Below are positions 19,339 through 28,557 of a stretch of DNA of 64,000 nt, piece after piece. Source of the DNA: Candidatus Latescibacterota bacterium (GTDB lineage Bacteria; Latescibacterota; UBA2968); contig OZ242195.1 in assembly GCA_965205975.1 (NCBI GenBank), positions 1,984,001 to 2,048,000 on the forward strand, read 5' to 3'. A model generated the notes under the pieces. It was not told the origin of the DNA. It ran no database searches and saw nothing but the letters and a program-made list of their open reading frames with translations. The translations under genes were made by a program, and so were the position numbers. How positions within the stretch are numbered: the stretch's first letter is position 1; every line of letters starts with the position of its first letter.

Positions 19339-21324
19339 ATGGCAAAAACGCCAGTCTCTCAATACAAATCAGAATACCTGTCCAAACCCAAGACAAGTGG
19401 CGTAAGCCTTCGCGCCATTGTATTGGGTCTCGCGCTCGTTGTCCTGATCAACCTCTGGATGCCCTATTCAGAGTACATCGTGCGGGCATCGCGCATGAAC
19501 CTCAGTCACTTTCCGGTCGCAGTATTCATCCTCTTTCTCCTCATACGCTACCTGCTCACCCCCCTACTATCAGCCTGGAACCCCACCCTTCTTTTAACCC
19601 CTTCTGAACAGTTCGTCATCATTGCAATGGGACTTGCAGGTGGTGTCGTGCCCGGATCAGGTGTACTCGGTTTTCTCTTTGGGACCATTGCTACCCCGTA
19701 TTATTTTGCCACGCCAGAAAACCGCTGGGCGGACTTCTTTCACGCCCACCTTTCCACCTATTTGGTACCCCCCAATACCAACGGCGCAATGCGCGATTTT
19801 TACGAAGGCGCACTGCCCGGCACGCCAATCCCCTGGTCTATATGGGGCGCACCCCTTTTTTGGTGGCTTGTTTTCATCGCCGCCATTGTCTTTGTTTCGG
19901 CCTGTATTGCAGTTATCTTGCGCCGCCAGTGGTCTGAAAATGAACGTCTGGCATTTCCTCTGTTAAGTCCGACCCTGCATATTGTTTCTCCAGAACAAAC
20001 ACGCGATAACCCCTTGCAGTACAGAGGTCTCTACTGGGCGGGATTCGCTCTTTCCTCTGGCATTCTCGCCTGGAATATTCTCCATTTCTTCTGGCCTATC
20101 GTGCCCGATATTAAACTGACACTTCCCTTTTTTTATTTCGCCAAAGGTTATCCCCCTATCTTTCCCCGGTTCAATATTTACGTCATGGGATTTGCCTATT
20201 TTGCCAACCTCGACGTGCTTTTCAGCATGTGGTTCTTCCATCTCCTTTTTTACCAAATCCCAGGTGGCCTCTTAAATCGCATTGGATTTGACATGTCCGG
20301 CCGCGGCGACCCTTATGGTGCGCTTCACTTTTCCGGCGCGGGCTGGTTGTGTTTTGGCGCTCTGTGTTTTTTCGTTTTTTGGGGATTGTATATCTCTCGC
20401 CATCACCTCAAAGCAGTCCTTCTCAAAGCCATCAATCCACAACACCCCATTGACGACACCCGGGAACTCTTATCTTACCGCACCGCTATTTTAGGACTAC
20501 TTATTGGAACAATTTTTATTTTTTTTTGGTTGTATCAATCCGGCATGGCCCCCTCAACAATCGCCTTTTACATTGTAACCACCTTTGTCATTTACGTAGG
20601 CGTGGCGCGTGTCGTCGCGCAAACTGGCATCCTTTTTGTGCAAGCCCCAATCAGCGCACAGGTTTTCACCATTTATTCTCTGGGCGCACACGCCCTTTCG
20701 ATGCCCACGATGACATCGCTCGCCCTCTCCTACGCACTCACCAATTATATTCGCGGTCTGTTTATGCCCGCATTAATCCATATCGCCAAACTATCCGAAT
20801 GGATCAAAGCCGACCACCGCAAACTTTTAGGCGCGGTCTTTTTGGGATTAGTCGTCGGCTGTCTGGCGTTTATTGTATATGTCATACCCCTAGGTTATGA
20901 AAGGGGAGCTTTCAATTTTAACGACATTCCGCTCAAATCGGGTATCAATCGGATCTATCCGGTGATTCTCAGCAAAATTGTCAATCCCTTTGATCCCGAC
21001 TGGCAAAGACTGGGCTTTTTTGGCGGCGGTGCAGCATTGATGGGATGCCTCACATTCTTACAATATCGCTTTCCCTGGTGGCCCCTGCACCCCATTGGCC
21101 TGACTGTTTGCAGCACCAATGTCGCCCGCAGCAATCAGGTCTCTATTTTTATTATTTGGGCATTCAAATTGTTCGTACTGCATTTTGGCGGTGTCTCTGC
21201 TTATCGTCGTTTTCAGCCCTTCTTTATTGGCCTGCTTACCGGTTATGGCCTGGGAGTCGCGCTGTCTTTTATTGTCGATGCCCTGTGGTTTTCCGGTCAG
21301 GGACATTACGTACACAGGTGGTAA
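19339..21324 (+). CDS. Polytopic inner-membrane protein, putative peptide/oligomer transporter (DUF6785/DUF6784-like)
   Basis: Many TM segments; LRRQWSENERLAFPL, FPWWPLHPIG and FGGVSAYRRFQPFFIGL. Start placed at the ATG at 19339. Confidence 0.65.
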   Translation: MAKTPVSQYKSEYLSKPKTSGVSLRAIVLGLALVVLINLWMPYSEYIVRASRMNLSHFPVAVFILFLLIRYLLTPLLSAWNPTLLLTPSEQFVIIAMGLAGGVVPGSGVLGFLFGTIATPYYFATPENRWADFFHAHLSTYLVPPNTNGAMRDFYEGALPGTPIPWSIWGAPLFWWLVFIAAIVFVSACIAVILRRQWSENERLAFPLLSPTLHIVSPEQTRDNPLQYRGLYWAGFALSSGILAWNILHFFWPIVPDIKLTLPFFYFAKGYPPIFPRFNIYVMGFAYFANLDVLFSMWFFHLLFYQIPGGLLNRIGFDMSGRGDPYGALHFSGAGWLCFGALCFFVFWGLYISRHHLKAVLLKAINPQHPIDDTRELLSYRTAILGLLIGTIFIFFWLYQSGMAPSTIAFYIVTTFVIYVGVARVVAQTGILFVQAPISAQVFTIYSLGAHALSMPTMTSLALSYALTNYIRGLFMPALIHIAKLSEWIKADHRKLLGAVFLGLVVGCLAFIVYVIPLGYERGAFNFNDIPLKSGINRIYPVILSKIVNPFDPDWQRLGFFGGGAALMGCLTFLQYRFPWWPLHPIGLTVCSTNVARSNQVSIFIIWAFKLFVLHFGGVSAYRRFQPFFIGLLTGYGLGVALSFIVDALWFSGQGHYVHRW

Positions 21325-22755
21325 ACAAACGCGCGAAAAACAGTGCCAAATATTAAAAAGCCGATGTAAAAACATCGGCTTTTCTTGAAAATCTGTCGCG
21401 CGATCGCCTGCTGATCCTCCATACGCAACAACACAGCGCCCAGCTTTGTCACCGCATCAACATCATCCGGTTCCAGGGACAAATAGCGCGTATAATACGC
21501 TGCGGCTGTTGCATTGTCTTGAGACAATGCGTAAAAATCATCGCGCGCAAACCAATCCCCCAACAACTGATAGGGCGCGCTATACGTCGAATCAATCGCA
21601 ATCGCCCGATACGCCATATCCACGCACTGATCCGTACCGATATCAAAATACACCGACGCCATCTGGTAATACAAATCTGCGTGCGTCGTATCCGCCTCTA
21701 TAGCGCGATAAAAATACGAAATCGCGCGCCAGCGCGACCATCCCCCGATTTACCCAGCCCGGTCCGTCTTGCGGCTCCGGTTGATTTGCCCAGGCATCTG
21801 TCTGAGTACCCGATTTAACCTTTGCCAATCCCGCGACCAGATCCGTGGCAATAGTCTGTGACAAATCGTCAAACCGATCCTTGCGCCAGACGCGCCGACC
21901 ATTGGCACTACCCGCCCATAAGATACGACCGGAAGACGTATCAATCAGCCGCAGTGCAACCCCCACAGCATTGATCGCATTGTCCTTGCCAGTAGCCATC
22001 AAACTACCGCATAAAACAGCATCTGATCTATGCGCCAACAGCATTCGCTCAGCAGCACTCAGACGCGCGCCTACTCGCTGTGACATATCCAATCCATCAA
22101 ATAACCCATCACCTATTATACCCTCTCTAATCAACCGCTCATACCCGCCCACCAGTGCTTTTTGCGAAGTATGCAAAGGTGAGAATACCGCCTGCAACGG
22201 CCACTCATCTGACCGCATCATCCGCCCGTGCCGATTGGCTTCCTGAAACCCGAGTTGCGCCATCAAATTGCCCAGTGCAATCTCTCCAATATCGCGCTGG
22301 GCATAGATCCACTGCCATTCGACATCATCCCGCGCCTTGCTCGTCCAAATGGGTTCTCCAGTATCCAGATCCACAATCCACACATGCAATGTGCGCGTCC
22401 CGGCATCAGAAACAAATCCGATCAACGCCTGCTCTGCACGGGCCGCTGTTTTCAACAAAAACAAATCATAGTCTTTCAACGCCTGTTTTGTCTCCACCAT
22501 CCCCTTCATCTTGATCCGTGGAATCGTATCAGGCTCCACCAGTTCAAACCAGCGCCCCTGATAGGCGGGAATATCCCGATGCCGCATCAACTCATCTACC
22601 AATCGGTCAGCCATAAAAACCCCGTAATCGGGATCCTTCTCTGAAAGTAGTGGAAACACCGCCAGACGAGGAGCCGCTTCGCGCTGCGGCAAGTCCTCCT
22701 CACACTGCACCGCTGAGGAAAACACAAGCAATAGAATTGAAAGAGAATATCTCAC
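21306..22755 (-). pseudogene. Secreted CsgG/TolB-N-like domain plus TPR protein, frameshifted near 21725
   Basis: TPR helix WVNRGMVALAR continues in another frame as AISYFYRAIEADTTHADLYYQMASVY. The downstream frame runs through the terminator. Confidence 0.6.
21355..21383. terminator. Bidirectional terminator related to the 3603/4423 hairpin family
   Basis: AAAAAGCCGATG-TAAAAA-CATCGGCTTTT between convergent genes. Confidence 0.75.
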
Positions 22756-22767
22756 GTCTCACCGCCT

Positions 22768-23460
22768 TTAATTATTAATCGCCATTCGCGTCGCTTCTAA
22801 GAACGTTTCGTATCTTTGAGGGCCACCGCGCAATACGCGGACAATCTCACCTTTGGCATCAATAAAAAAGGACCTGGGAATACCAGTGTTCTCATACGCA
22901 TTGTTCACTTCTCCCACCGCGTCGAGAACAAAAGTCCAGGTGTAGCCATATCTTGTGACAAAACGCAGCACCAGGCTACGCGATTCTCGCAGGTCAATAC
23001 CGACGATCTGGATGGAATCGCCCATAGTATTTTGCAACTTTTGCATGTCGGGCATTTCAGCAACACAGGGGCCACACCAGGTTGCCCAGAAGTTGAGAAG
23101 CACGGGTTTGCCGCGCTGTTCATAGAGATTGAACGATTCCCCAGTGAGGGTTCTCAGCGTAAAGTCAGGAGCTTGCATCCCAACTTCAATGCCAACGGGA
23201 GCGTCGGTGGTTGGCGGAGGGGTTGGCGCGGTGGTTGTCTGCCCGTAGAATTGGGCAAAAATGACAAAGTCCCGAAAATTGACTGCGCCATCCCCATTTA
23301 AATCAAACTGGGTCTGGGTTGTTCCATAGCCCTGTGAAAATGCGATAAAATCGGCAAAATCCACTTTGCCGCTGTTGTTGAAATCACAATCTGCTACGGT
23401 TGGTGCTGCGTGTACCGAGGCAGGTAGGAGCAGGAAAATTAATGTCATAACATACTTCAT
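22768..23460 (-). CDS. Dockerin/EF-hand domain fused to a TlpA-family thiol-disulfide oxidoreductase
   Basis: DFNNSGKVDFADF and DLNGDGAVNFRDF repeats, Pro/Thr linker, NFWATWCGPC. Confidence 0.85.
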   Translation of the reverse strand: MKYVMTLIFLLLPASVHAAPTVADCDFNNSGKVDFADFIAFSQGYGTTQTQFDLNGDGAVNFRDFVIFAQFYGQTTTAPTPPPTTDAPVGIEVGMQAPDFTLRTLTGESFNLYEQRGKPVLLNFWATWCGPCVAEMPDMQKLQNTMGDSIQIVGIDLRESRSLVLRFVTRYGYTWTFVLDAVGEVNNAYENTGIPRSFFIDAKGEIVRVLRGGPQRYETFLEATRMAINN

Positions 23461-25505
23461 GGCATTCCTCCATTCACGATGTCCTCGTTTGCCGCAGGGG
23501 GCATGCGCCGCTCATTCTCCTTTACCGTGGGCTTCAACGCGCCAAACCGCACATCAACCCCTCTATCTCGAAGGGCTGGAATATGCGTGTTGAGCGATGT
23601 GGCACTTAAGGGGTTATTCCGTACATCAACTCTGTCTCCACGGCCCAATCCCCTGTTTGCAACCAGAGGCGAAAGGTCTGTGATGTTGTTGTTGTAAAAA
23701 AACAGATAGTCCAGACTCATCCAGCTAGATAGCGCAGATATATCTGAAATGTCGTTGCTGCCAAGATCCAGTAATCTCAGGCTGGCCAAGTTTGATAGTG
23801 GTGCAATGTTCGAAATGTCGTTGCCGGAAAGAGACAGCCGTTCCAGGCTGGTCAAGTTTGATAGCGTAGATACATCTGAAATGTCGTTGTTGAAAAGATG
23901 CAGAAATCTCATGCTGGTCAAGTTTGATAGCGCAGATACATCTGAAATGTCGTTGTTGCCAAGATTCAGTATTTCCAGACCGGTCAAATTTGATAGTAGC
24001 GTGATGTCCGAGATGCCCGTGTCGGCAAGATCCAGCGTTCTCAGCCTGATTAAGTTCGATAGGGGTGAAAAGTCCGAGATGTTGTTGCTATTGCGCGGAA
24101 AACCGACCGTATCACCATAACCAAGATGCAGCCAGGTCAGATTAGTTGCAAGCTCAAGCCCGGTCAAATCACTGATGTTCGCGTTCGGAGCCTCAAGTTT
24201 TGACACAAATGCCATCTCAAAACTGGTGATCGGTTCATCTGATGCCTTGCCCAAATTTGTTTTAATGGCCGCACGCAAGTTGGCATCTGGGATATATGCT
24301 TCTGATAGGTCGGACAAGCGAGACAGCAACGAGCTGTCTCTAATTGTGGTGCCGTAAAGACTGAGCGATATCAATCTGGTTAATCCCGACAACGGCGATA
24401 TATCCGAGAAGAAATTGTCGTGAAGTCTGAGGCTTGTCAGGTTGATTAAACCCGACAACGGCGATATATCTGTGATGGCGTTAACGGAAAGATCCAGCGA
24501 TGTCAGATTGGTTAAGCCCGACAGCGGTGTGATATCCGAGATGATATTATTTGAAAGGTCCAGCGATGTCAATTTGGCTAAGCCCGATAGCGGTGTGATG
24601 TCCACAATGATATTATAGGACAGGTCCAGCGGAGTCAGACCAGTGGCAAATTCGAGCCCGGTCAAATCGCTGATGTCCGAGCTTGACGCTTCAAGGCTTG
24701 TCAAACTCGCCATCTCTACTCTCGTGATCGGCGCACCTCTCGCCTTGCCCAGTGCGGTCTCGATTGCTACACGGAGGTTCGCATCTGGAATGGTAACCGG
24801 TGTTTCCTCTCTACCATCGCCAGCCTCTTTGACAAAGTTGCTGCTAAAAATTAGAAAATCGCCAAAGCCAATCGCGCTGTCGCTGTCCAGGTCGTATTTT
24901 GCTTCATATTTCCCATCGCCCTGGCGGGTCCCAAAATGACTTGCAAACGCCAGGAAGTCGATAAAATTAACCGCACCATCGCCGTTAAAGTCCAGAGTAA
25001 GAACCTGTAACTTTAATTCAACGCTCGTATTCAGGGTTACAGTGTCAAATCCTCCACCCCGACCGAGTTCTGCACGCACCAGCCGAATCGCTGTGCTCGA
25101 AAACGAGGCTGTCGTGCGAAAGCGAACTGTGCCTGCCAGACCACTGTTGGCAGTTGCTTGACCACCCAAAGATGCAATGCCTATCTCAATAGAAGTTGGA
25201 TTTATGCCCTGCTCTATGAGTGCCTGAGCATTGGGCAACACATCGCCAGCATCAAAGCCCTCATAAGTCACTTGACTGGCATCGTATTCAAAACGCACGG
25301 CAAGGCCGATCGCATTTTGTATATCCTTGCCAAATATCTGAATAGCGACAGCTTGATCCGCGGATACGTTGATAGATGTGATCGCTTGATCACCTGCGGC
25401 ACCATCCACATCCAGTGAAACGGAAAAGCTGTTCTGTGCCAAAAGAGACAGGGGGTGTATCAAAAGTGCGAGTATTGATAAAGTTGACAGGATCAGGTTA
25501 CGCAT
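23457..25505 (-). CDS. Secreted cohesin-like + dockerin/EF-hand + internalin-type LRR protein
   Basis: Signal peptide, VRFEYDASQV..., DFNGDGAVNFIDF, two IPDANLR caps and 22-aa LxxLxLxxNxIxDIxPL repeats. Confidence 0.85.
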   Translation of the reverse strand: MRNLILSTLSILALLIHPLSLLAQNSFSVSLDVDGAAGDQAITSINVSADQAVAIQIFGKDIQNAIGLAVRFEYDASQVTYEGFDAGDVLPNAQALIEQGINPTSIEIGIASLGGQATANSGLAGTVRFRTTASFSSTAIRLVRAELGRGGGFDTVTLNTSVELKLQVLTLDFNGDGAVNFIDFLAFASHFGTRQGDGKYEAKYDLDSDSAIGFGDFLIFSSNFVKEAGDGREETPVTIPDANLRVAIETALGKARGAPITRVEMASLTSLEASSSDISDLTGLEFATGLTPLDLSYNIIVDITPLSGLAKLTSLDLSNNIISDITPLSGLTNLTSLDLSVNAITDISPLSGLINLTSLRLHDNFFSDISPLSGLTRLISLSLYGTTIRDSSLLSRLSDLSEAYIPDANLRAAIKTNLGKASDEPITSFEMAFVSKLEAPNANISDLTGLELATNLTWLHLGYGDTVGFPRNSNNISDFSPLSNLIRLRTLDLADTGISDITLLSNLTGLEILNLGNNDISDVSALSNLTSMRFLHLFNNDISDVSTLSNLTSLERLSLSGNDISNIAPLSNLASLRLLDLGSNDISDISALSSWMSLDYLFFYNNNITDLSPLVANRGLGRGDRVDVRNNPLSATSLNTHIPALRDRGVDVRFGALKPTVKENERRMPPAANEDIVNGGMP

Positions 25506-25610
25506 CGGGATCTCCTGCTGATGGCCTTCTCACGTTGGTTTCAGACGTGTCCTTTGAAAGACCACCACGGCTTTGCTTACGGCGAAAGGGTTGAATCTAT
25601 AAAAATATAA

Positions 25611-25626
25611 AGCAATTTCTGTGCCA
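25611..25626 (-). promoter_or_regulatory. Sigma-54 (-24/-12) promoter of the LRR/TlpA operon
   Basis: Minus strand TGGCAC-AGAAA-TTGCT matches the TGGCAC-N5-TTGC consensus. Confidence 0.75.
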
Positions 25627-25760
25627 AAAACCTCTTCTCTATGTTTTACAATCAGTTACGAAAATTTGTGCCATGAACGCAGTTTAATAAGTGTCCGATT
25701 TTGATACAGTAGTATCCGAAAATGAACACTTGAAATAAAAACCATATCCCGAATAATGTT

Positions 25761-25844
25761 ATGCGAAATAATTAGCATATAAATTTCAAAAAAATAACCA
25801 ATTAAAAACTCGTTGTCAAGGCCAGGATGCGAAATAATTAGCAT
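25761..25844. promoter_or_regulatory. Two identical 18-bp imperfect palindromes, candidate enhancer sites
   Basis: ATGCGAAATAATTAGCAT at 25761-25778 and 25827-25844. Confidence 0.6.
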
Positions 25845-25859
25845 TTTTTGATACCCGGT

Positions 25860-25899
25860 AAAAACGGCGGTGGATATTATGTCCACCGCCGTCCTTTTT
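25860..25899. terminator. Rho-independent terminator of the 25924-26421 gene
   Basis: ACGGCGGTGGA...TCCACCGCCGT with A and T tracts. Confidence 0.75.
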
Positions 25900-25923
25900 A
25901 CTTTTTACAAACAAAATTGAAAA

Positions 25924-26421
25924 TCAGAGTTGAAAATTTAATCCAACAGAGAGAGGTTGTTCGAGAATGCCTTCCGCCTTCGCAATGGGGATCGTCCAGA
26001 ATGTGTTGAGATTCAGGTCAACCCGCTCAGACAGTGAAATAAGCGCCCCGACCTTTGGCTGAAAGAAAACACCGGAATTGGCAGGTCGATAAATCGTGCC
26101 ACCCGAAAGCGTATAATAAAATCCGAACCGCCCCACAATCTTATGAACATTGCGGATACCCACACCAAGCGTAAACTGACGCCTACCATCTGATTCCCAG
26201 GGATGTTTATTGATCTGATCGCCATAAGCCATTGCAACTTCCAGGCCAATAGATGATTTCAGCCCTAATACGCCTAATAGCTTTATTCGAGATTGGTAGC
26301 CATCAGTTGGAGAATTTGCAAATTCTCCCTCTACACCCACATAGTTGTGCTTCATCTCTTCGGCAGCAAGCGGACTGGACAAAAGCACCAAAAACATCGG
26401 GAAAAAAAGTAAAGTTTTCAT
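25924..26421 (-). CDS. Small outer-membrane beta-barrel-like protein
   Basis: Signal peptide, alternating beta strands and terminal SVGLNFQL. Confidence 0.55.
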   Translation of the reverse strand: MKTLLFFPMFLVLLSSPLAAEEMKHNYVGVEGEFANSPTDGYQSRIKLLGVLGLKSSIGLEVAMAYGDQINKHPWESDGRRQFTLGVGIRNVHKIVGRFGFYYTLSGGTIYRPANSGVFFQPKVGALISLSERVDLNLNTFWTIPIAKAEGILEQPLSVGLNFQL

Positions 26422-26470
26422 CTGGTGGTAACCCCCTGAAAATGTGTGACCCCGGCTGGATTATTGTATA

Positions 26471-26486
26471 AGCAAAATTCGTGCCG
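26471..26486 (-). promoter_or_regulatory. Second sigma-54-type promoter
   Basis: Minus strand CGGCAC-GAATT-TTGCT, about 50 bp upstream of the start codon. Confidence 0.6.
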
Positions 26487-26648
26487 TAAACTGTTTTTCG
26501 GAAAGAAATGATATAAATGCCTATTTTTATAGTATTTTGATTATCTCATTCTATTTAACAAAGAAAGCAACAGATGTGCTTTTTTAGCACAGATGTTGTA
26601 AAATTGATACAATATGGAGTTAGGCAAGTCCCCTGCTGCCTTCATCGT

Positions 26649-28466
26649 TCAACCACCATCATCCACACGCCTGGGCGGAGACACCAGTGCCATACCCCGG
26701 GCATAAGCCCAATGCCGAGCGGCTTTGGCGAGTTTGGGGTTGTCAGACGCGAGCATCGCGCTGGCCATGCGCTCATCGCCTTCGTACTCCAGAGCCTGAA
26801 CAAGAGCAGAAGTTGCAAATGCGGAATACTCGCGGATAAAAAATGGATGCGCCGCTGCAATAACATCCAGTTCGCGCTCTCGCAGAGCGCGTTTTAAGAC
26901 CTCGACAACGCGATCGCCACCTATCTCAGAAAGCCTCATGGCCGCCGCAATGCGTTCTACACCTTTGCCATTCTCAAACGCTGAAATCCACGCATCAACT
27001 TTCTCCTGTACATCGCGCCTATTGCGCCAATCTGGCTCAATATCCCGAAGTGCGCTCACCGCCATCTGCACATTCGCCCCCTTGCTCAGCATTTCTACCA
27101 GCACAGGTACCACACGCGCATCCTTCAATGTGACAAGTGCCCACGCCGCAGACCAGCTCACAAAAATCGAGCTATCATTTAATGCTGTCGCCAGAGCATC
27201 CGCCGCTCGCAGATCGCCTATTTGTCCCAACGATTCTACAGCAGATCTTCGAACCTGTATCCTCGGATGGCCCAACAAGCGGATCAAAGCATCTATCCCT
27301 CGCCTGTCATTTAAGACACCCAAAGCACGGGCAATGGATTTCATCAACTCATCTCCGGATCGCCCCTGCAAATGCATCTCTCGATCCACGACTGAGATCA
27401 GCATATCAACAGCGCTCGTATCGCGCAATTGGCCCAATGCTCGCGCCGCTGCTCCGCGAACATACCCGTCTTCTCCCATAAGCGCGTGCCTCAACACACC
27501 TGCCGCGCGCATATCTCTCATATTGCCCAGTGACTGAATGGCTTGCCGACGCACATCGCGGTCTTGATCTTCTATTGCGACAAGCAATGCCTGCACTGCC
27601 CGTTGATCCTTCAAATCGCCCAAAAAACGCGCCGCGACTTTTCGCTCATCATCATTGCCCTCTATCACCCATCGGTGCCAGTGCATCACCAGTTCTTCTC
27701 CCCAATTTTTCTCTCGCCAGCCGGGAACAACCGCGTTGAGACCCACCAATGCGCGGAACCGAACGATTGCCTGCTTATCGCCCAACACATCATCTTGCAT
27801 CAAACCGCGCCGAAATCTCTCCACAGCCATCTCGACCTCTGGCCGCGCACGCCAATTCTTATCAATCTGATCCAGAGCAAACAGAACAGTCTGGCGCATC
27901 TCCTCATCGCCCAACAAATTTGCCAAAGGCCCAATCGCCCGGGGCGACCCAATGCGTCCCAAAGCCACTGCTGAAACCCATCGCACCTGAGTCGTTTCAC
28001 CTTGCATTTGCAAACACAGGACATCCACCGCAGCCGAATCACCGATCTGACCCAATGCATCTATCGCCGCCAATCGCAATACAGACACCTCCGCTTGCAC
28101 AACAGCGATCAAAGCATCCACCGCAGTCGAATCTCCAATCTGACTCAGCGCATCCACCGCTGCCAATGCCAGAACCGCTCGCTTGTCCTGCAAAAAGGGA
28201 ATAAGTACCTCAGTCGCCTGCCTGTCTTTCAGCATACCCAGTGCATCAATCGCTGCCAACCGCACCCGCACTTTTTCATCTTTCAACGCCTGAATCAAAT
28301 GCGGTACAGCATCCAACTGACCACTCTCCCCCAACTTCCCAACCCCATAAACCCGCACATCGACATCCACATGGCGCGACTGACGCACGTATTCATCAAT
28401 ACCCCGAGAGCAACCGCCCAACACAAGCGCGATAATCAACCAAATGTATAACTTTCTATTGTCCAT
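26649..28466 (-). CDS. HEAT/PBS-lyase repeat lipoprotein
   Basis: Lipobox-like LGGC; many VRLAAIDALG.IGD..AV..L repeats. Confidence 0.85.
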   Translation of the reverse strand: MDNRKLYIWLIIALVLGGCSRGIDEYVRQSRHVDVDVRVYGVGKLGESGQLDAVPHLIQALKDEKVRVRLAAIDALGMLKDRQATEVLIPFLQDKRAVLALAAVDALSQIGDSTAVDALIAVVQAEVSVLRLAAIDALGQIGDSAAVDVLCLQMQGETTQVRWVSAVALGRIGSPRAIGPLANLLGDEEMRQTVLFALDQIDKNWRARPEVEMAVERFRRGLMQDDVLGDKQAIVRFRALVGLNAVVPGWREKNWGEELVMHWHRWVIEGNDDERKVAARFLGDLKDQRAVQALLVAIEDQDRDVRRQAIQSLGNMRDMRAAGVLRHALMGEDGYVRGAAARALGQLRDTSAVDMLISVVDREMHLQGRSGDELMKSIARALGVLNDRRGIDALIRLLGHPRIQVRRSAVESLGQIGDLRAADALATALNDSSIFVSWSAAWALVTLKDARVVPVLVEMLSKGANVQMAVSALRDIEPDWRNRRDVQEKVDAWISAFENGKGVERIAAAMRLSEIGGDRVVEVLKRALRERELDVIAAAHPFFIREYSAFATSALVQALEYEGDERMASAMLASDNPKLAKAARHWAYARGMALVSPPRRVDDGG

Positions 28467-28557
28467 CTATTATCCCCAATTCAGACCCCCCGAAATACGC
28501 ATTCCGGGGGATCATTTTTTTAGCTATTTCGACACCCTACTTCAACAACGGAGCAAT

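Noticed and set aside
23740..24660. 66-bp periodic DNA repeats resembling a CRISPR array
   Set aside because: They encode 22-aa LRR units within an ORF; there are no unique spacers or cas genes.
25656..25886. 76-aa ORF in the AT-rich spacer
   Set aside because: It overlaps the terminator and palindromes, and its repeated peptide simply reflects the DNA repeat.
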